A stretch of 64,000 nt of DNA from Promethearchaeota archaeon (GCA_019894975.1 JAGXNO010000002.1:129183-193182); one strand, 5' to 3'. Shown: positions 36,781-47,940, counted from the stretch's first letter. Program-made: numbers and translations. The notes: generated by a model from the letters alone, not told the origin.

Positions 36781-38139
36781 ATGATTCCGTTATCTGATTT
36801 GAATTGGGGATTTTTAGAAATTCTATTTCTAATAATAGTTTTCTTAGTAGGATTATTGATAACTTATTATCTTCTTCCATACATAATAAAACTAATGAAG
36901 AAAAAAAACTATGTAGGATACGATATACACAAGAATTCCCGACCTGAAGTAGCTGAATCTGGAGGTCTTGGATTCGTATTGGGGTTTGTTATTGCCTCAA
37001 TATTGTTAATGATATTTTTTATTGACTTTTTTAATGAAATTCTAATTTTTATTTTAACTGTATTGTCCGCTGCTTTAATAGGGTTTGTAGATGATCGAAT
37101 TAAACTTAAATCACGTTATAAAATAATTCTTTCAATTTTTTCTGGAACTATTATTTTTATAGCGAATCTTTTCAATGTTGTAGACATATCTTCACCGACA
37201 ATTCCCATTTTAGATAGGACTAGATTAACTTTTATTTATCCATTTTTGGTCCCTATTCTGGTCGCTATTTTTGGAAATACGGTAAATATGTTGGAAGGAT
37301 ATAACGGAGAAGGTTCAGGAACTTGTCTTATTGCGGTTTGCTCTCTTCTTATTTGTGGCATAATATGGGATTCTGCTCAGGGAGTAATCTTCAGTATTCC
37401 AGTTATTGCAGTGTTAATACCATTTTTCTTAAAAAATAAATTTCCCGCTAAGGTATTCCCAGGGGATCTAGGAACCTTAAGCATGGGTGCGATGATAGCA
37501 TGTATCATGTTATTTGGTTCACTTGAAGTTGCTACTTTTTGTGCTCTTTTGATTCACGTATTCAATAGTTTTTACGTACTCTATTCCGTAAAAGGTTTTC
37601 TTGAAAGCGACCAAATAAGAGAAGGAAAAGATGATATTATATTACTTGAAAACGATACAATTAAGGCATCTGATCAAAAAGATGCAGCTTTAACACTGCC
37701 TAGATTGATTTTAGCTAAAGGACCATTAACAGAACCTGCTTTAGTTAACAATTTCTTTATTATTTCAATAATATGTGGTGTATTTGCAATTCTTTCAGTA
37801 TTATTTACTCAACTTACAACAGGATTATTAAGTATAGGAATATTTTTTGTAGTTTTTGCGTTTTTAATGATTCCAGTTGTATATTTGTTGATAAAATATC
37901 CCCGAATTCGAGGTACTATTACGTTAATGGTGATTTTATTAATTGCAGGGATAATTTTCTTTTATTTAGCGGAATTTATACTGATGCATTTACCATTAGC
38001 GGATATTAAATTAGGTGCAATTTCAATCCCTGTAAATCTAATTTTGATACTAATTATCGGTTTAGCTGGTCTTATGGGATGGTATTATGTTACAATTAAA
38101 TATTTTTGGTATCAAATTAATTCAATGAAAAAAGAATAA
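36781..38139 (+). CDS. UDP-GlcNAc:dolichyl-phosphate GlcNAc-1-phosphate transferase (AglH/Alg7-like, MraY family) with extra C-terminal TMs
   Basis: GYDIHK..P.VAESGG, GFVDD, NTVNMLEGYNG, PAKVFPGD.G, LTL.RLIL. Confidence 0.8.
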   Translation: MIPLSDLNWGFLEILFLIIVFLVGLLITYYLLPYIIKLMKKKNYVGYDIHKNSRPEVAESGGLGFVLGFVIASILLMIFFIDFFNEILIFILTVLSAALIGFVDDRIKLKSRYKIILSIFSGTIIFIANLFNVVDISSPTIPILDRTRLTFIYPFLVPILVAIFGNTVNMLEGYNGEGSGTCLIAVCSLLICGIIWDSAQGVIFSIPVIAVLIPFFLKNKFPAKVFPGDLGTLSMGAMIACIMLFGSLEVATFCALLIHVFNSFYVLYSVKGFLESDQIREGKDDIILLENDTIKASDQKDAALTLPRLILAKGPLTEPALVNNFFIISIICGVFAILSVLFTQLTTGLLSIGIFFVVFAFLMIPVVYLLIKYPRIRGTITLMVILLIAGIIFFYLAEFILMHLPLADIKLGAISIPVNLILILIIGLAGLMGWYYVTIKYFWYQINSMKKE

Positions 38140-38162
38140 ATGAGAAATTAAAGGTTTAAGAC

Positions 38163-40703
38163 GTGAAATCCACTACTAGATACATTCTATTTTTTATTTA
38201 CATATTTAGTTCCCTATCAGTTTTTTATATGGTTAAAACTCTACTGCTTCAAATACCATGGCTTCAACTTCTAATCGATTGGAGTTTTATCTTAACATTC
38301 TTACTTTACTTTTTAACCATTGAAGAATTTTATCAGTGGGCAAAAAATGGTAAAAGGAGTGAAATGTCCGATATTGTAGCAATTCTTTTTTTCTTTTTTG
38401 TTATCTTCTTCTTTTCAAAAGACTTTTTAACTTCCCTTATGGGTGCCTTCTCAATATATTTATGGATTGGTATTTTTGAATTGAGAGATTACCCGGTATT
38501 AAATAAAGTGCTTATCATATCGTTAGTTACTTACAATGTGATTTTTATTGCAGGGATATTTTCTTTCTATCTGGATGATCCTTTCTTCATTAACACTAGT
38601 TTTGCATTTTCTTTTTGGATTATTCTAATTATGGGATTTATATTATTTGGCAGAAAATATTTGGTTGTTTGGCGCTTTTTAAGTCCTGAATATTTAATGC
38701 TTTTTATCTATATAATTGCTTGGTTGGCTGTTGTATTCGTTAATCAGTATACACCTTTTAATCTAATAACAACTAATCCTTTTAACTCGAACGAATTTAA
38801 AATACTTGATTTCTTTTTAAATATTTATTTTATACTGATCTTGGTTAATTGGTTAGTGTATTTTACTTCTGGTCCTATCTTAGACAAACTATTAGGAATT
38901 AAAACGGCTAAGGATGAAAAATTAATAGAAATTGTAAAAAAAGTAAAAGAACAACTTGGAATATCAGGACGTGTTAAAGTTGGCTTTGGAAAATATCCAA
39001 TTTTAAACGCTATGGCCTATGGATCCGTATTTGATAAAAGAATCGCAATTATTGCAAATGAGATAAATGAAATCCCTGAAGATGAACTAAAAGGAATAGT
39101 GGCTCATGAATTAGCTCATACAAAAGGAAAACATACACTTATATTAACTTTAATTACAACCAGTGATTTAATTGTAAGAATGTTTCTGGGGATTCCCGCA
39201 ACTTATTATGATTATACGTTTGGTGACCCTTCAATCCCTTTATTTGTTTTCATTATTCTAAATTTATCAATTTATTTTTTTCTTTTCATTTTTGTAAGGA
39301 TATTAGAAGGAAAGGCAGATTTGAGGACAAAGAAGATAGGATACGCAAATGAGTTAGCTAAAGCTTTATATAACTTAGAAAGCTTCTATGCTTCAGGGAG
39401 AGAAATTGGATTCAACACAATGTTATTATGCGATGAAAAAATTTCAAAAGATAACTTGCTTTTAGATTATATGAATACAGCTTCTTATTTGTATAATTCA
39501 ATGATAAAACCCTCTAAAACTTCTCTTTTAGGTTCATTCTTAAATTCTCATCCCCCAAGTTATTTTAGAATAGCAGCAATATTAGGGGACGAATTAAAAC
39601 CAAGTAAAGAGGCAATTCTTCCATTTATTTGCTTAAAAAAATCAAAACAAAAAAAGTATGGCAAGTTGTTTGAGAAATCAAGACAAAACTTTAACAGTAT
39701 TGCGAATGCAAAATTTAAAGAGTATTTTCAAATAGAAAATATTTCAGATTTACTTGAGAAACTCCAAAGAAAAGAGACTTATAAATACGTTCTAAATAAA
39801 GATTATATTTTTGTAAACAAAATTACTGATGAAATCATATTCGGGCACTTAGAGAATGTTATTTTTCTTGATAATATCTCATCTAGTGATCAATTAGCTA
39901 TACGAAATTTAAATACTCAGGAAAATGAACATATAGAAGCTTCAAAATATACTTGGACTCAAATTGATTTAAACGAAACTTACTTTTTACAAAATGATAA
40001 ACCGCTTATTTTAAAATCTATTGACATAAATAATGAAAGCAAAGAAAATCGCTATACTTTTTTAGATAAGAACAATCTTCAAATTCAAAAACCTATTCTA
40101 AAAACAAAATTACCAAATTCAATTAAAATAGTTAAAAACCTTAACAATGACGATATTTTCCTGAAAAATAAAGGTAAATTAAAAGTTTTTAAGTGTGTGA
40201 ACATCCTTAAAGCAGAAAATTTAGAAGATTATAAAATTATTCTTTACAATCCAGAATCTGATAAAAATCAACTTGATAACGAATATTCCATGAAAGATCT
40301 AATTATTAGACCACAAAGAATATATTTAACAATAAGTAGGGATCCCCGATTTAGGAGATCTGAAGTGAAAGTGTTTGAATGGTTACAAGAACATCAAATT
40401 TTAATCTATATTTATTTAAAGAATCCCGTTAACAACATGGAAATAGGATATATCCAAAACATAGAGATTAATTACAAAAAAATAGATAAAAAGTCTGAAA
40501 ATAGTAAGAAGAACAATAGCAATTTTTTATATCTAAAAAATATCTTCGGATCAGAGATAAAAGTTCCTTATGATAAATTAGAATCTATTAGCTTTAGATA
40601 TAGTAGTGCCATGATTCAAATTAAATCTGCAACCAGTCTTTCTAGTCGTTTAGGGTACAAATTGTTGAAGAAATTTAAACCCGAAAGAATTATTATTACT
40701 TAA
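38163..40703 (+). CDS. M48-family membrane zinc metalloprotease with extended N-terminal TM region and soluble C-terminal domain
   Basis: LNAMAYG, ELKGIVAHELAH (HExxH), EGKAD, LAKAL..L, SHPP...RI. Confidence 0.82.
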   Translation: MKSTTRYILFFIYIFSSLSVFYMVKTLLLQIPWLQLLIDWSFILTFLLYFLTIEEFYQWAKNGKRSEMSDIVAILFFFFVIFFFSKDFLTSLMGAFSIYLWIGIFELRDYPVLNKVLIISLVTYNVIFIAGIFSFYLDDPFFINTSFAFSFWIILIMGFILFGRKYLVVWRFLSPEYLMLFIYIIAWLAVVFVNQYTPFNLITTNPFNSNEFKILDFFLNIYFILILVNWLVYFTSGPILDKLLGIKTAKDEKLIEIVKKVKEQLGISGRVKVGFGKYPILNAMAYGSVFDKRIAIIANEINEIPEDELKGIVAHELAHTKGKHTLILTLITTSDLIVRMFLGIPATYYDYTFGDPSIPLFVFIILNLSIYFFLFIFVRILEGKADLRTKKIGYANELAKALYNLESFYASGREIGFNTMLLCDEKISKDNLLLDYMNTASYLYNSMIKPSKTSLLGSFLNSHPPSYFRIAAILGDELKPSKEAILPFICLKKSKQKKYGKLFEKSRQNFNSIANAKFKEYFQIENISDLLEKLQRKETYKYVLNKDYIFVNKITDEIIFGHLENVIFLDNISSSDQLAIRNLNTQENEHIEASKYTWTQIDLNETYFLQNDKPLILKSIDINNESKENRYTFLDKNNLQIQKPILKTKLPNSIKIVKNLNNDDIFLKNKGKLKVFKCVNILKAENLEDYKIILYNPESDKNQLDNEYSMKDLIIRPQRIYLTISRDPRFRRSEVKVFEWLQEHQILIYIYLKNPVNNMEIGYIQNIEINYKKIDKKSENSKKNNSNFLYLKNIFGSEIKVPYDKLESISFRYSSAMIQIKSATSLSSRLGYKLLKKFKPERIIIT

Positions 40704-40741
40704 TAAAATTTAATATTAATGGGCTTTTCAAAAAGTTAATA

Positions 40742-41659
40742 ATGACAAGTAAAATCGTAAGTATCCTCAATCTTCTGCGAATACGGCAGTATTATAAGAA
40801 TGTAATGATTTTTGTAGGAGTTTTTTTTAGTGAAAAGTTATTTGAATCAGATCTCTATTTTACTCTTATACTTGGTTTTATTTTATTATGTTGTGCTTCC
40901 TCTTTTAACTATATCATAAATGACATTAAAGATATTGAAAATGATAAAATGCACACTGAGAAACTGAGAAAAAAACCTCTTGCATCTGGTGACCTCCCTC
41001 TTTATTCTGCGATAATATTATTAGTGGGAATATCTTCAATAATAGTCTTTTCGTCTATCTTTCTGATTCGGAATCTAGGTTTTATCATATTTGTTATTAT
41101 TATGATTATCACGGGCCAACTTTATAATCACTTCTTTAAAAATTATGCTTTCATAGATATAATTGTTTTATCTACAGGATATTTATGGAGAGCGTTAGCT
41201 GGATGTGCAATTATTAATGAGTTTGTTTCAGCATGGTTATTTCTAGCTATTTTTGAAATAGCCATGTTCTTAAGTATTGCGAAACGAAAAGGTGACTTAG
41301 AATTTCTTGGAAAAGATAAAGCTATTACTCATAAAAAAAGTTATGACCAGTATTCTCTCAAACTGTTAGAACAATTTCATGTGATTATCGCAGGTTCCTT
41401 GTTTATGACATATTCTCTTTATTTAATTATCCATTTTAATTTAGCCATACCAGGTATTCCCGTACTTTACGAATATATAGCTATATCTACAATCCCTATT
41501 TCTCTGTATATTCTCATGAGGTATATGTATTTAACTTCAGCAAAGCCAAACATCGCTAGAAATACAGAAAGAGCTTTTTTGGATAAAGGAATAATAATTG
41601 CAGGAGCATTACTTATGGGAATACTATTTTTCTCCTTTTATTTTGATACTATATTTTGA
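40742..41659 (+). CDS. UbiA-family polyprenyl-phosphate phosphoribosyltransferase-like protein
   Basis: RIRQYYKN, YIINDIKDIENDKMH..K..KPLASG, IDI, KRKGDL, RYMYL, FLDK. Confidence 0.78.
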   Translation: MTSKIVSILNLLRIRQYYKNVMIFVGVFFSEKLFESDLYFTLILGFILLCCASSFNYIINDIKDIENDKMHTEKLRKKPLASGDLPLYSAIILLVGISSIIVFSSIFLIRNLGFIIFVIIMIITGQLYNHFFKNYAFIDIIVLSTGYLWRALAGCAIINEFVSAWLFLAIFEIAMFLSIAKRKGDLEFLGKDKAITHKKSYDQYSLKLLEQFHVIIAGSLFMTYSLYLIIHFNLAIPGIPVLYEYIAISTIPISLYILMRYMYLTSAKPNIARNTERAFLDKGIIIAGALLMGILFFSFYFDTIF

Positions 41660-41946
41660 ATAAATCATAGTCAAATTTTTTCCCATCCCCTTCCCACTCT
41701 AAGACATTCAATTATATGAGCGTTATAAGGGTTATGAAATAGCTACTTTACCTTTTTGACAAAGTATAAAAAAATTAAACTCATTTTGATTAATAGTGAA
41801 TAGTACTTTGTGAAGTAATAAAACACCTTTTAAGATTTCAAAGAGTTATCAGAAAAAAAGGATAAAACTTATAAGCATACAAATTTAACAACATATTTAA
41901 CAACTAATTTATAAAAAATCAAAAAAAAAATTTTAGTGAATTCAAT

Positions 41947-43773
41947 ATGGAAATGGAAAAAAAAAATTTGGCTATAATAATTTTAGCCGTTGTACTTGCC
42001 GCTTCTGGTATTGGTAACGTTATTCTTGCAATCACAGGTGGTCTTATTCAAAAAGCACCATCTAAAACAACTGTTATCTATGGCTACGCGTCAAATCCCG
42101 CAGCACTCGACCCAGTTGATACTTGGGATGTTCCTTCACATGTTATTCAACATCAGATTACCCAATCTTTAGTTGAATATGATTTATCCGGATATGTTAA
42201 AACAGGTGAGCATAATTATACATTAAAACCTGTTTTAGCTGAGTATTGGATACAAGAATCTACTACTCGATGGTCATACAAGTTAAGAGAAGATGTATTC
42301 TTCCATGATGGAACAAGGATGACCGCTGAAGATGTAATGTGGAACTTTGAAAGAACGCAGTGGTTCATTAACGCAACAGGTATGCTTCCTGCCAACGCAA
42401 CTTCATGGGTGGGCTTCCCATCATCATTATACTTCTTAACTGATGGTACTCCTATCTTTAACAGTTTCGAAGCAGATGACGATGTAGATCCTTTAAATTT
42501 CACCATAGTGTTAAATGCTCCTTTTGGCGCATTAAATGATCTACTCGCTTTTGGAGCAACCAATATTCTTTCTCCCGAATCTACTCCTTTCTATGAATAT
42601 TTGGACTTAGCAAACGATGTTTTAGTTGGTACTGGTCCATATGAATATGTTCATTTCAAAAGAGATAGAGAAGTAAGATTAGTGAGAAATGATATGTATT
42701 GGGGCTTTCCAGGATATTTTGAGGTAGCTGTGTTAAGAATCATTGAAGATGATACAGCTAGAATGACAGCTGGATTAGCGGGTCAGTTTGATTATATCGG
42801 TGGTGTTACAAAAGTATATATTGACACATTTAAAGCTGATTCTGATTTTCACGTAGAAGATGTTGGTGAAGATCTATGTTATTTCTATTTAGAAATATAT
42901 GCTGGTCCTGATACTTATGCTAATGGATCATTAAAGCCTGGAGAGACATACCAAACCCAAAAGAATCCTGCATACTTAAGAAGAGCGCTTGCATTAGCTA
43001 TCAACTATACATACATTTACAATGAAATTCTAGCTGGTTATGCTGTTGAAGGAACCACAGCAGTTCCTCGGGCAATGCCAGGTCATAATGCTTCAGTAGT
43101 CCAAGCTAGTGATTCATCTCGTACTTATGCCGGAAATCTCATAGAAGCAAGACAGATTTTGATAGACAATTCTGCAGATATTGTTGCTCGAGGTGGTCTC
43201 GATACCAGTACATTTGATACTGGTGTTGATGCTGATTGGACAGGGAAAAATATTCTTGGACGATCACTTGCACTTAACAGACACTTTGGGAGTAATACCA
43301 ACTTACGTACAAATCAATTAATGGATACCAACTTTAATATGATTGGAATTCAAACCATTGAGGCTATAAGGGAATGGGGTGATTACCTAGACACAGGTGA
43401 ACAAACTCCATGGGTAATGGATATTGGCTATGTTGGCTGGTGTCCTGACTACCTTAATCCTTTCAATATGATTGACCCACTCTTTAACTTAGCTTCTGGC
43501 TCATGCTTCTCACGGATTAACGATACCAGTACAGGTGGTTTAACCGAGACAATGGATGCTGCTGCTGCAACTTCTGGTCAAGCACAATTAGACCTTTATG
43601 GAAAGATACAATCTTTAATTTATGACGTTGATCGCACATTGAATCCTGCCAGTCATACTCATATTTCAGGATGGGTTTATTTGGTACAACAAACTCATAA
43701 AGCCGACTTGAAAGGAGTTAAGTATAACGTAATGACAAATGTTGAGATTCAAGGCTGGTACTACGACGTATAA
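41947..43773 (+). CDS. Peptide/nickel ABC transporter substrate-binding protein (family 5)
   Basis: N-terminal anchor, LDPVD, PVLAEYW, LREDVFFHDGT.MTAEDV.WNFER, GTGPY, GWCPDY. Confidence 0.9.
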   Translation: MEMEKKNLAIIILAVVLAASGIGNVILAITGGLIQKAPSKTTVIYGYASNPAALDPVDTWDVPSHVIQHQITQSLVEYDLSGYVKTGEHNYTLKPVLAEYWIQESTTRWSYKLREDVFFHDGTRMTAEDVMWNFERTQWFINATGMLPANATSWVGFPSSLYFLTDGTPIFNSFEADDDVDPLNFTIVLNAPFGALNDLLAFGATNILSPESTPFYEYLDLANDVLVGTGPYEYVHFKRDREVRLVRNDMYWGFPGYFEVAVLRIIEDDTARMTAGLAGQFDYIGGVTKVYIDTFKADSDFHVEDVGEDLCYFYLEIYAGPDTYANGSLKPGETYQTQKNPAYLRRALALAINYTYIYNEILAGYAVEGTTAVPRAMPGHNASVVQASDSSRTYAGNLIEARQILIDNSADIVARGGLDTSTFDTGVDADWTGKNILGRSLALNRHFGSNTNLRTNQLMDTNFNMIGIQTIEAIREWGDYLDTGEQTPWVMDIGYVGWCPDYLNPFNMIDPLFNLASGSCFSRINDTSTGGLTETMDAAAATSGQAQLDLYGKIQSLIYDVDRTLNPASHTHISGWVYLVQQTHKADLKGVKYNVMTNVEIQGWYYDV

Positions 43774-44021
43774 AGCAAGTATTCTAACTGTTAATAAAAA
43801 TTTAATTACTCTTTTTTTTATTTATTACATTACACCTTACACTTTCTAAATTAATTTTTGAAAAAACAAGTATTGGTAATTATTCTTCCTATAGTAGACA
43901 CATCAAGATACCTTGTAATTTCTACTAATCAATAGAATATTTAATAAGGGATCGAATCTAAATAATCATAATTTTAATTTTAATGTATAAATCACTTTAC
44001 ACACATTCTTGAGAAAAAACA

Positions 44022-44513
44022 ATGAAATTTTCGAAAATTCGACTCGGTAGGCAAGGAAATTTTATACTAGGAATTATTTTGATTTATTTTGTCTTTTTTG
44101 GATACATCTGTAATGCATATCCAAGATTTTATGACACATCTTTAAACCCTTCACGTACCGTTCAATCAATAGTCGGAGAAAGACTAATATTCCTGTACCA
44201 AATACTTTTTAACCCCAATACATTCTGGGCTTTTATTATTCTATTTGGTATTATGTTTTTTGTAGCATTTAGAGAGTCATTCTATGAATATGCAATTAGA
44301 AATAGCATTTGGTTTATCCCAATAATTATGATAATGTCGTGGGTTTGGTACTGGATTTTATATGGTTTCGATCCTACTGTATTTTACATATATTTCATCA
44401 GAATTGAAGGTTATATTACTATAATAACATTGTTATGCATTAACCTATTAGCTGCATTCTCAGCATCTATTGTAAACGAAAAACGTAAAGAAGTATATGA
44501 AGCAGCATATTAA
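44022..44513 (+). CDS. Small 4-TM membrane protein inside the ABC transporter cluster
   Basis: Four hydrophobic aromatic-rich segments; 45 nt upstream of the permease. Confidence 0.7.
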   Translation: MKFSKIRLGRQGNFILGIILIYFVFFGYICNAYPRFYDTSLNPSRTVQSIVGERLIFLYQILFNPNTFWAFIILFGIMFFVAFRESFYEYAIRNSIWFIPIIMIMSWVWYWILYGFDPTVFYIYFIRIEGYITIITLLCINLLAAFSASIVNEKRKEVYEAAY

Positions 44514-44558
44514 AATTAAAAAAAATAATTTTTAATAAAAAAGTAGGTGTAAAAATAT

Positions 44559-45590
44559 ATGAGTCTGCTTAAGTATATGCTTAGAAGATTAGTGGTGATG
44601 ATCCCTGTATTATTTGGAGTATTAACTTTAACTTTCATTCTTTCTAGATTGATGCCAGGAGATCCTATTTCTGCCCGATTAGCTGCAGCGGGAATAATGA
44701 ATCCTTCCCAAGGATTATATAACCAGATGAAATGTCAACTCGGTTTATGTGATCCTATAATAATTCAATATTTTAGATATTTAGGAGAATTATTCACAGG
44801 CCATTGGGGCGTATCAGTTTCGATAGTAAGGAATCAACCGGTGTGGGACCTAATTATGACTAGAATGCCTTTAACTATTGATCTTACAATATTTTCTTTG
44901 GCCATAGCCTCGTATTTAGGAATTAAAGCGGGAGTAATTTCGGCTACTCACAGAAATAAAACCCCTGACACCGTCGTAAGAGGTTTTGCTTTAGTAGGAG
45001 TTGCACTCCCTGTGTTCTTTTTAGGAATGATCCTTCAGTTTACACTAGGATATCAACTATCTTGGTTCGAACCTACAGGATATCTGAGTGCTCAATATGA
45101 AGATCCCGATTATGTTACTGGTTTTGTTATTATTGATTCATTAATATCCGGTCAGTGGTACTTGATTGGGGACTATTTATGGCATATGGTTCTTCCTGTC
45201 TTTTGTCTATCATTTATAATGATTGCATCAATTACAAGACAAACACGATCAAGTATGCTAGAAGTCTTGGAACAAGATTTCGTAAGGACGGCAAGAGCTA
45301 AGGGTTGTAAAGAGAAAGCAGTAATACACTCACATGCTTTGAGAAATGCAATGATACCAACTGTAACCATTATAGGGATGAGTATTGCGGGACTACTAGG
45401 AGGAGCGGTTCTGACCGAAACTACATTTGGTTTAACTGGTATGGGTAAATTATTTGTTGATGCAATCTTGTTATATGATTATTGGGTATTAGCAGCGTTG
45501 GTGTTTATGATCACCATCCTATTTATCACAGCGAATTTAATGACTGACGTAATTTATGCAATACTTGATCCAAGAATTAGATATGGATAA
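44559..45590 (+). CDS. dppB: Peptide ABC transporter permease DppB/OppB
   Basis: PGDP, QYFRYL, RSSMLEVLEQDFVRTARAKG, HALRNA, ETTF, LDPRIRY. Confidence 0.92.
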   Translation: MSLLKYMLRRLVVMIPVLFGVLTLTFILSRLMPGDPISARLAAAGIMNPSQGLYNQMKCQLGLCDPIIIQYFRYLGELFTGHWGVSVSIVRNQPVWDLIMTRMPLTIDLTIFSLAIASYLGIKAGVISATHRNKTPDTVVRGFALVGVALPVFFLGMILQFTLGYQLSWFEPTGYLSAQYEDPDYVTGFVIIDSLISGQWYLIGDYLWHMVLPVFCLSFIMIASITRQTRSSMLEVLEQDFVRTARAKGCKEKAVIHSHALRNAMIPTVTIIGMSIAGLLGGAVLTETTFGLTGMGKLFVDAILLYDYWVLAALVFMITILFITANLMTDVIYAILDPRIRYG

Positions 45591-45621
45591 TATTTTAATT
45601 AAAAAGAAGATGTGAAAAAAA

Positions 45622-46632
45622 ATGGAAAAACCTTATGTAATTGTTGAAAAAGAAGTGAAAGAGGAGTTAATAGGAGGTGAAAGTCATGGTAGGAAAATCC
45701 TATCGTGGATTTTTTCAAATCTGAAATTTCTTTTCCTTCCCGGATCAAGAATAGAGGAATTATCTTTACGTGAATTTGAATATGAGAAAGCTGCTAGCAA
45801 GAGATCCTTCGTTAGAAGATTAAAAAATCCGTTAACGATTCTAGGCTTTTGTATCATAATGTTTATAGTCACTCTTGCGGTTTATGCCCCCTGGATCTCC
45901 CCACAAGCATTTGATGACGCCATGTTACCTCAGGTCGGTTCATGGAATCCACCCTCCCCCGAACACCCCTTAGGACAAACTGCAATGGGTGGAGATGTGT
46001 TTTCAAGATTAATATGGGGTGCTAGAACATCCATAACTATTTCATTACCTTCAATTTCTATTAGTGTTACTGGTGGAGTTGCTCTTGGGGTAATAGCTGC
46101 ATATTATGGTGGTTGGGTTGATTCCTTGATTATGAGAATTTGTGATGTATTCCTTGCATTTCCATCTTTGATTCTTTCCTTAGTGTTTATTGCAATTTAC
46201 GGTCCTTATATTGAGATCATCTTATTGGTGTGGGGATTTTTAGGGATCCCCATTTATGCTCGATTAATCAGAGGAAACGTATTACAAGCACGAGAGCTCC
46301 CTTACATTCAGGCTGCAAGAGTTTCTGGTGCGGGAAATTGGAGAATAATGTTTAGACACATATTACCTAATGTCATACAACCAATTATTGTCTTCTTCAC
46401 ATTCGATATAGGTGCTTATATTTTAGGCCTAGCAGGTCTATCCTTTTTGGGTATGAATCAATCAATATTAATTGAATGGGGAAATGATATTAATGTGGCT
46501 AGAGAAAATCCTTATGAAGCACCATGGGCAGGTCTGTGGCCAGGATTTATGATATTTCTAACAGTATTAGGTTTCATGCTAGTTGGGGATGGTCTACGAG
46601 ATGCATTGGATCCAAGATTGAAAAACTTATAA
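45622..46632 (+). CDS. dppC: Peptide ABC transporter permease DppC/OppC
   Basis: PPSPEHPLG, YIQAARVSGA EAA loop, RHILPN, GDGLRDALDPR. Confidence 0.92.
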   Translation: MEKPYVIVEKEVKEELIGGESHGRKILSWIFSNLKFLFLPGSRIEELSLREFEYEKAASKRSFVRRLKNPLTILGFCIIMFIVTLAVYAPWISPQAFDDAMLPQVGSWNPPSPEHPLGQTAMGGDVFSRLIWGARTSITISLPSISISVTGGVALGVIAAYYGGWVDSLIMRICDVFLAFPSLILSLVFIAIYGPYIEIILLVWGFLGIPIYARLIRGNVLQARELPYIQAARVSGAGNWRIMFRHILPNVIQPIIVFFTFDIGAYILGLAGLSFLGMNQSILIEWGNDINVARENPYEAPWAGLWPGFMIFLTVLGFMLVGDGLRDALDPRLKNL

Positions 46633-46689
46633 TATCTTTAAATATTTTATTTTTTATTCAAAACTTAACCACAGGAAATAAGAACTACA

Positions 46690-47940
46690 ATGGATATAGT
46701 TGAAAATAATAAAAGCACTAATGAAGTTGCTTTAGAACCTAAAGCTGCAGTATCACAAAAACTATTAGAAGTTAAAAATCTAAAAACCTATTTCTATACT
46801 GAAGAGGGTATTGTGAAAGCAGTTGATGGGGTATCTTTCGACATTTATGAAGATGAAGTACTTGGACTTGTTGGAGAAACTGGGTGTGGGAAATCAGTCA
46901 CAGCATTATCAATTTTACAGTTAGTAAGAGCACCGGGAAAAATTATTGATGGATCAGTTCACTTCAAAGGAGAAAACCTATTAAATTTAAAAGAATCTGA
47001 AATGAGGAATTTTCGCGGTAAGGATATCACCATGATATTTCAAGATCCTTTGAATTCTCTTAATCCTGTTTTTACGGTCGGTAAACAAATTTCAGAAGTA
47101 TTTTACTTACACCAAGAAACAGAATTGAAACAAGAGCTAGATAGACTATTATTAGAAAGGTCCAATAGAAGAGAAGAAATAAAAAACTTACAACAAACTT
47201 TGAAAGATGAAGTTGACAGATTAACAGAGGAAGAAAAAGAAGATATAAATACTAAAATTGAAGATCTTAAAGAACTAGCTGCCCATATCCCGAATTTAAA
47301 AGATGTAGCATTCGCAAGGTCAGAACAAATAATTAAAGAAGTGGGAATTCCTGATCCGAAGGGAATATTAAAAAGATACCCTCACGAATTGAGTGGAGGG
47401 ATGAGACAACGTGTAATGATTGCGATGGGACTTTCATGCAATCCAGCACTTCTAATTGCAGATGAACCAACAACAGCATTAGATGTTACCATACAAGCAC
47501 AAATTCTTGATTTGATGAAAGAATTAATAAAGAAATTCAGAACTTCAATTCTTATAATTACGCATGATTTGGGAATAATTGCTGAATTGTGTGATAGGAT
47601 TGCTGTTATGTATAGTGGAAATATTGTTGAATACGCGACAGCAGTAGATCTATTTAAAAACCCACGACACCCCTATACCAAAGGATTGATTAGTGCAATT
47701 CCAAGTATTGAAAAAAGAGACCAAAAATTGCAAACTATTCGAGGTATGGTTCCAAATCTTATCTATCCTCCATCAGGTTGTAGATTTCATCCTCGATGTG
47801 ATTTTAGAATGGAAATTTGTGATAAAGTAAAACCTCAATTGACAGAGATAGCTCACAGATATTTTGTGGCTTGCCATCTTTTTGATCCTCAATACAAAGA
47901 TTCACCTAAGTATGTTAGGTCAGAAGAAGATGAAGTTTAA
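46690..47940 (+). CDS. dppD: Peptide ABC transporter ATPase DppD/OppD with coiled-coil insertion
   Basis: GETGCGKS, IFQDP, LSGGMRQR, IADEPTTALD, C-terminal GCRFHPRC. Confidence 0.92.
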   Translation: MDIVENNKSTNEVALEPKAAVSQKLLEVKNLKTYFYTEEGIVKAVDGVSFDIYEDEVLGLVGETGCGKSVTALSILQLVRAPGKIIDGSVHFKGENLLNLKESEMRNFRGKDITMIFQDPLNSLNPVFTVGKQISEVFYLHQETELKQELDRLLLERSNRREEIKNLQQTLKDEVDRLTEEEKEDINTKIEDLKELAAHIPNLKDVAFARSEQIIKEVGIPDPKGILKRYPHELSGGMRQRVMIAMGLSCNPALLIADEPTTALDVTIQAQILDLMKELIKKFRTSILIITHDLGIIAELCDRIAVMYSGNIVEYATAVDLFKNPRHPYTKGLISAIPSIEKRDQKLQTIRGMVPNLIYPPSGCRFHPRCDFRMEICDKVKPQLTEIAHRYFVACHLFDPQYKDSPKYVRSEEDEV

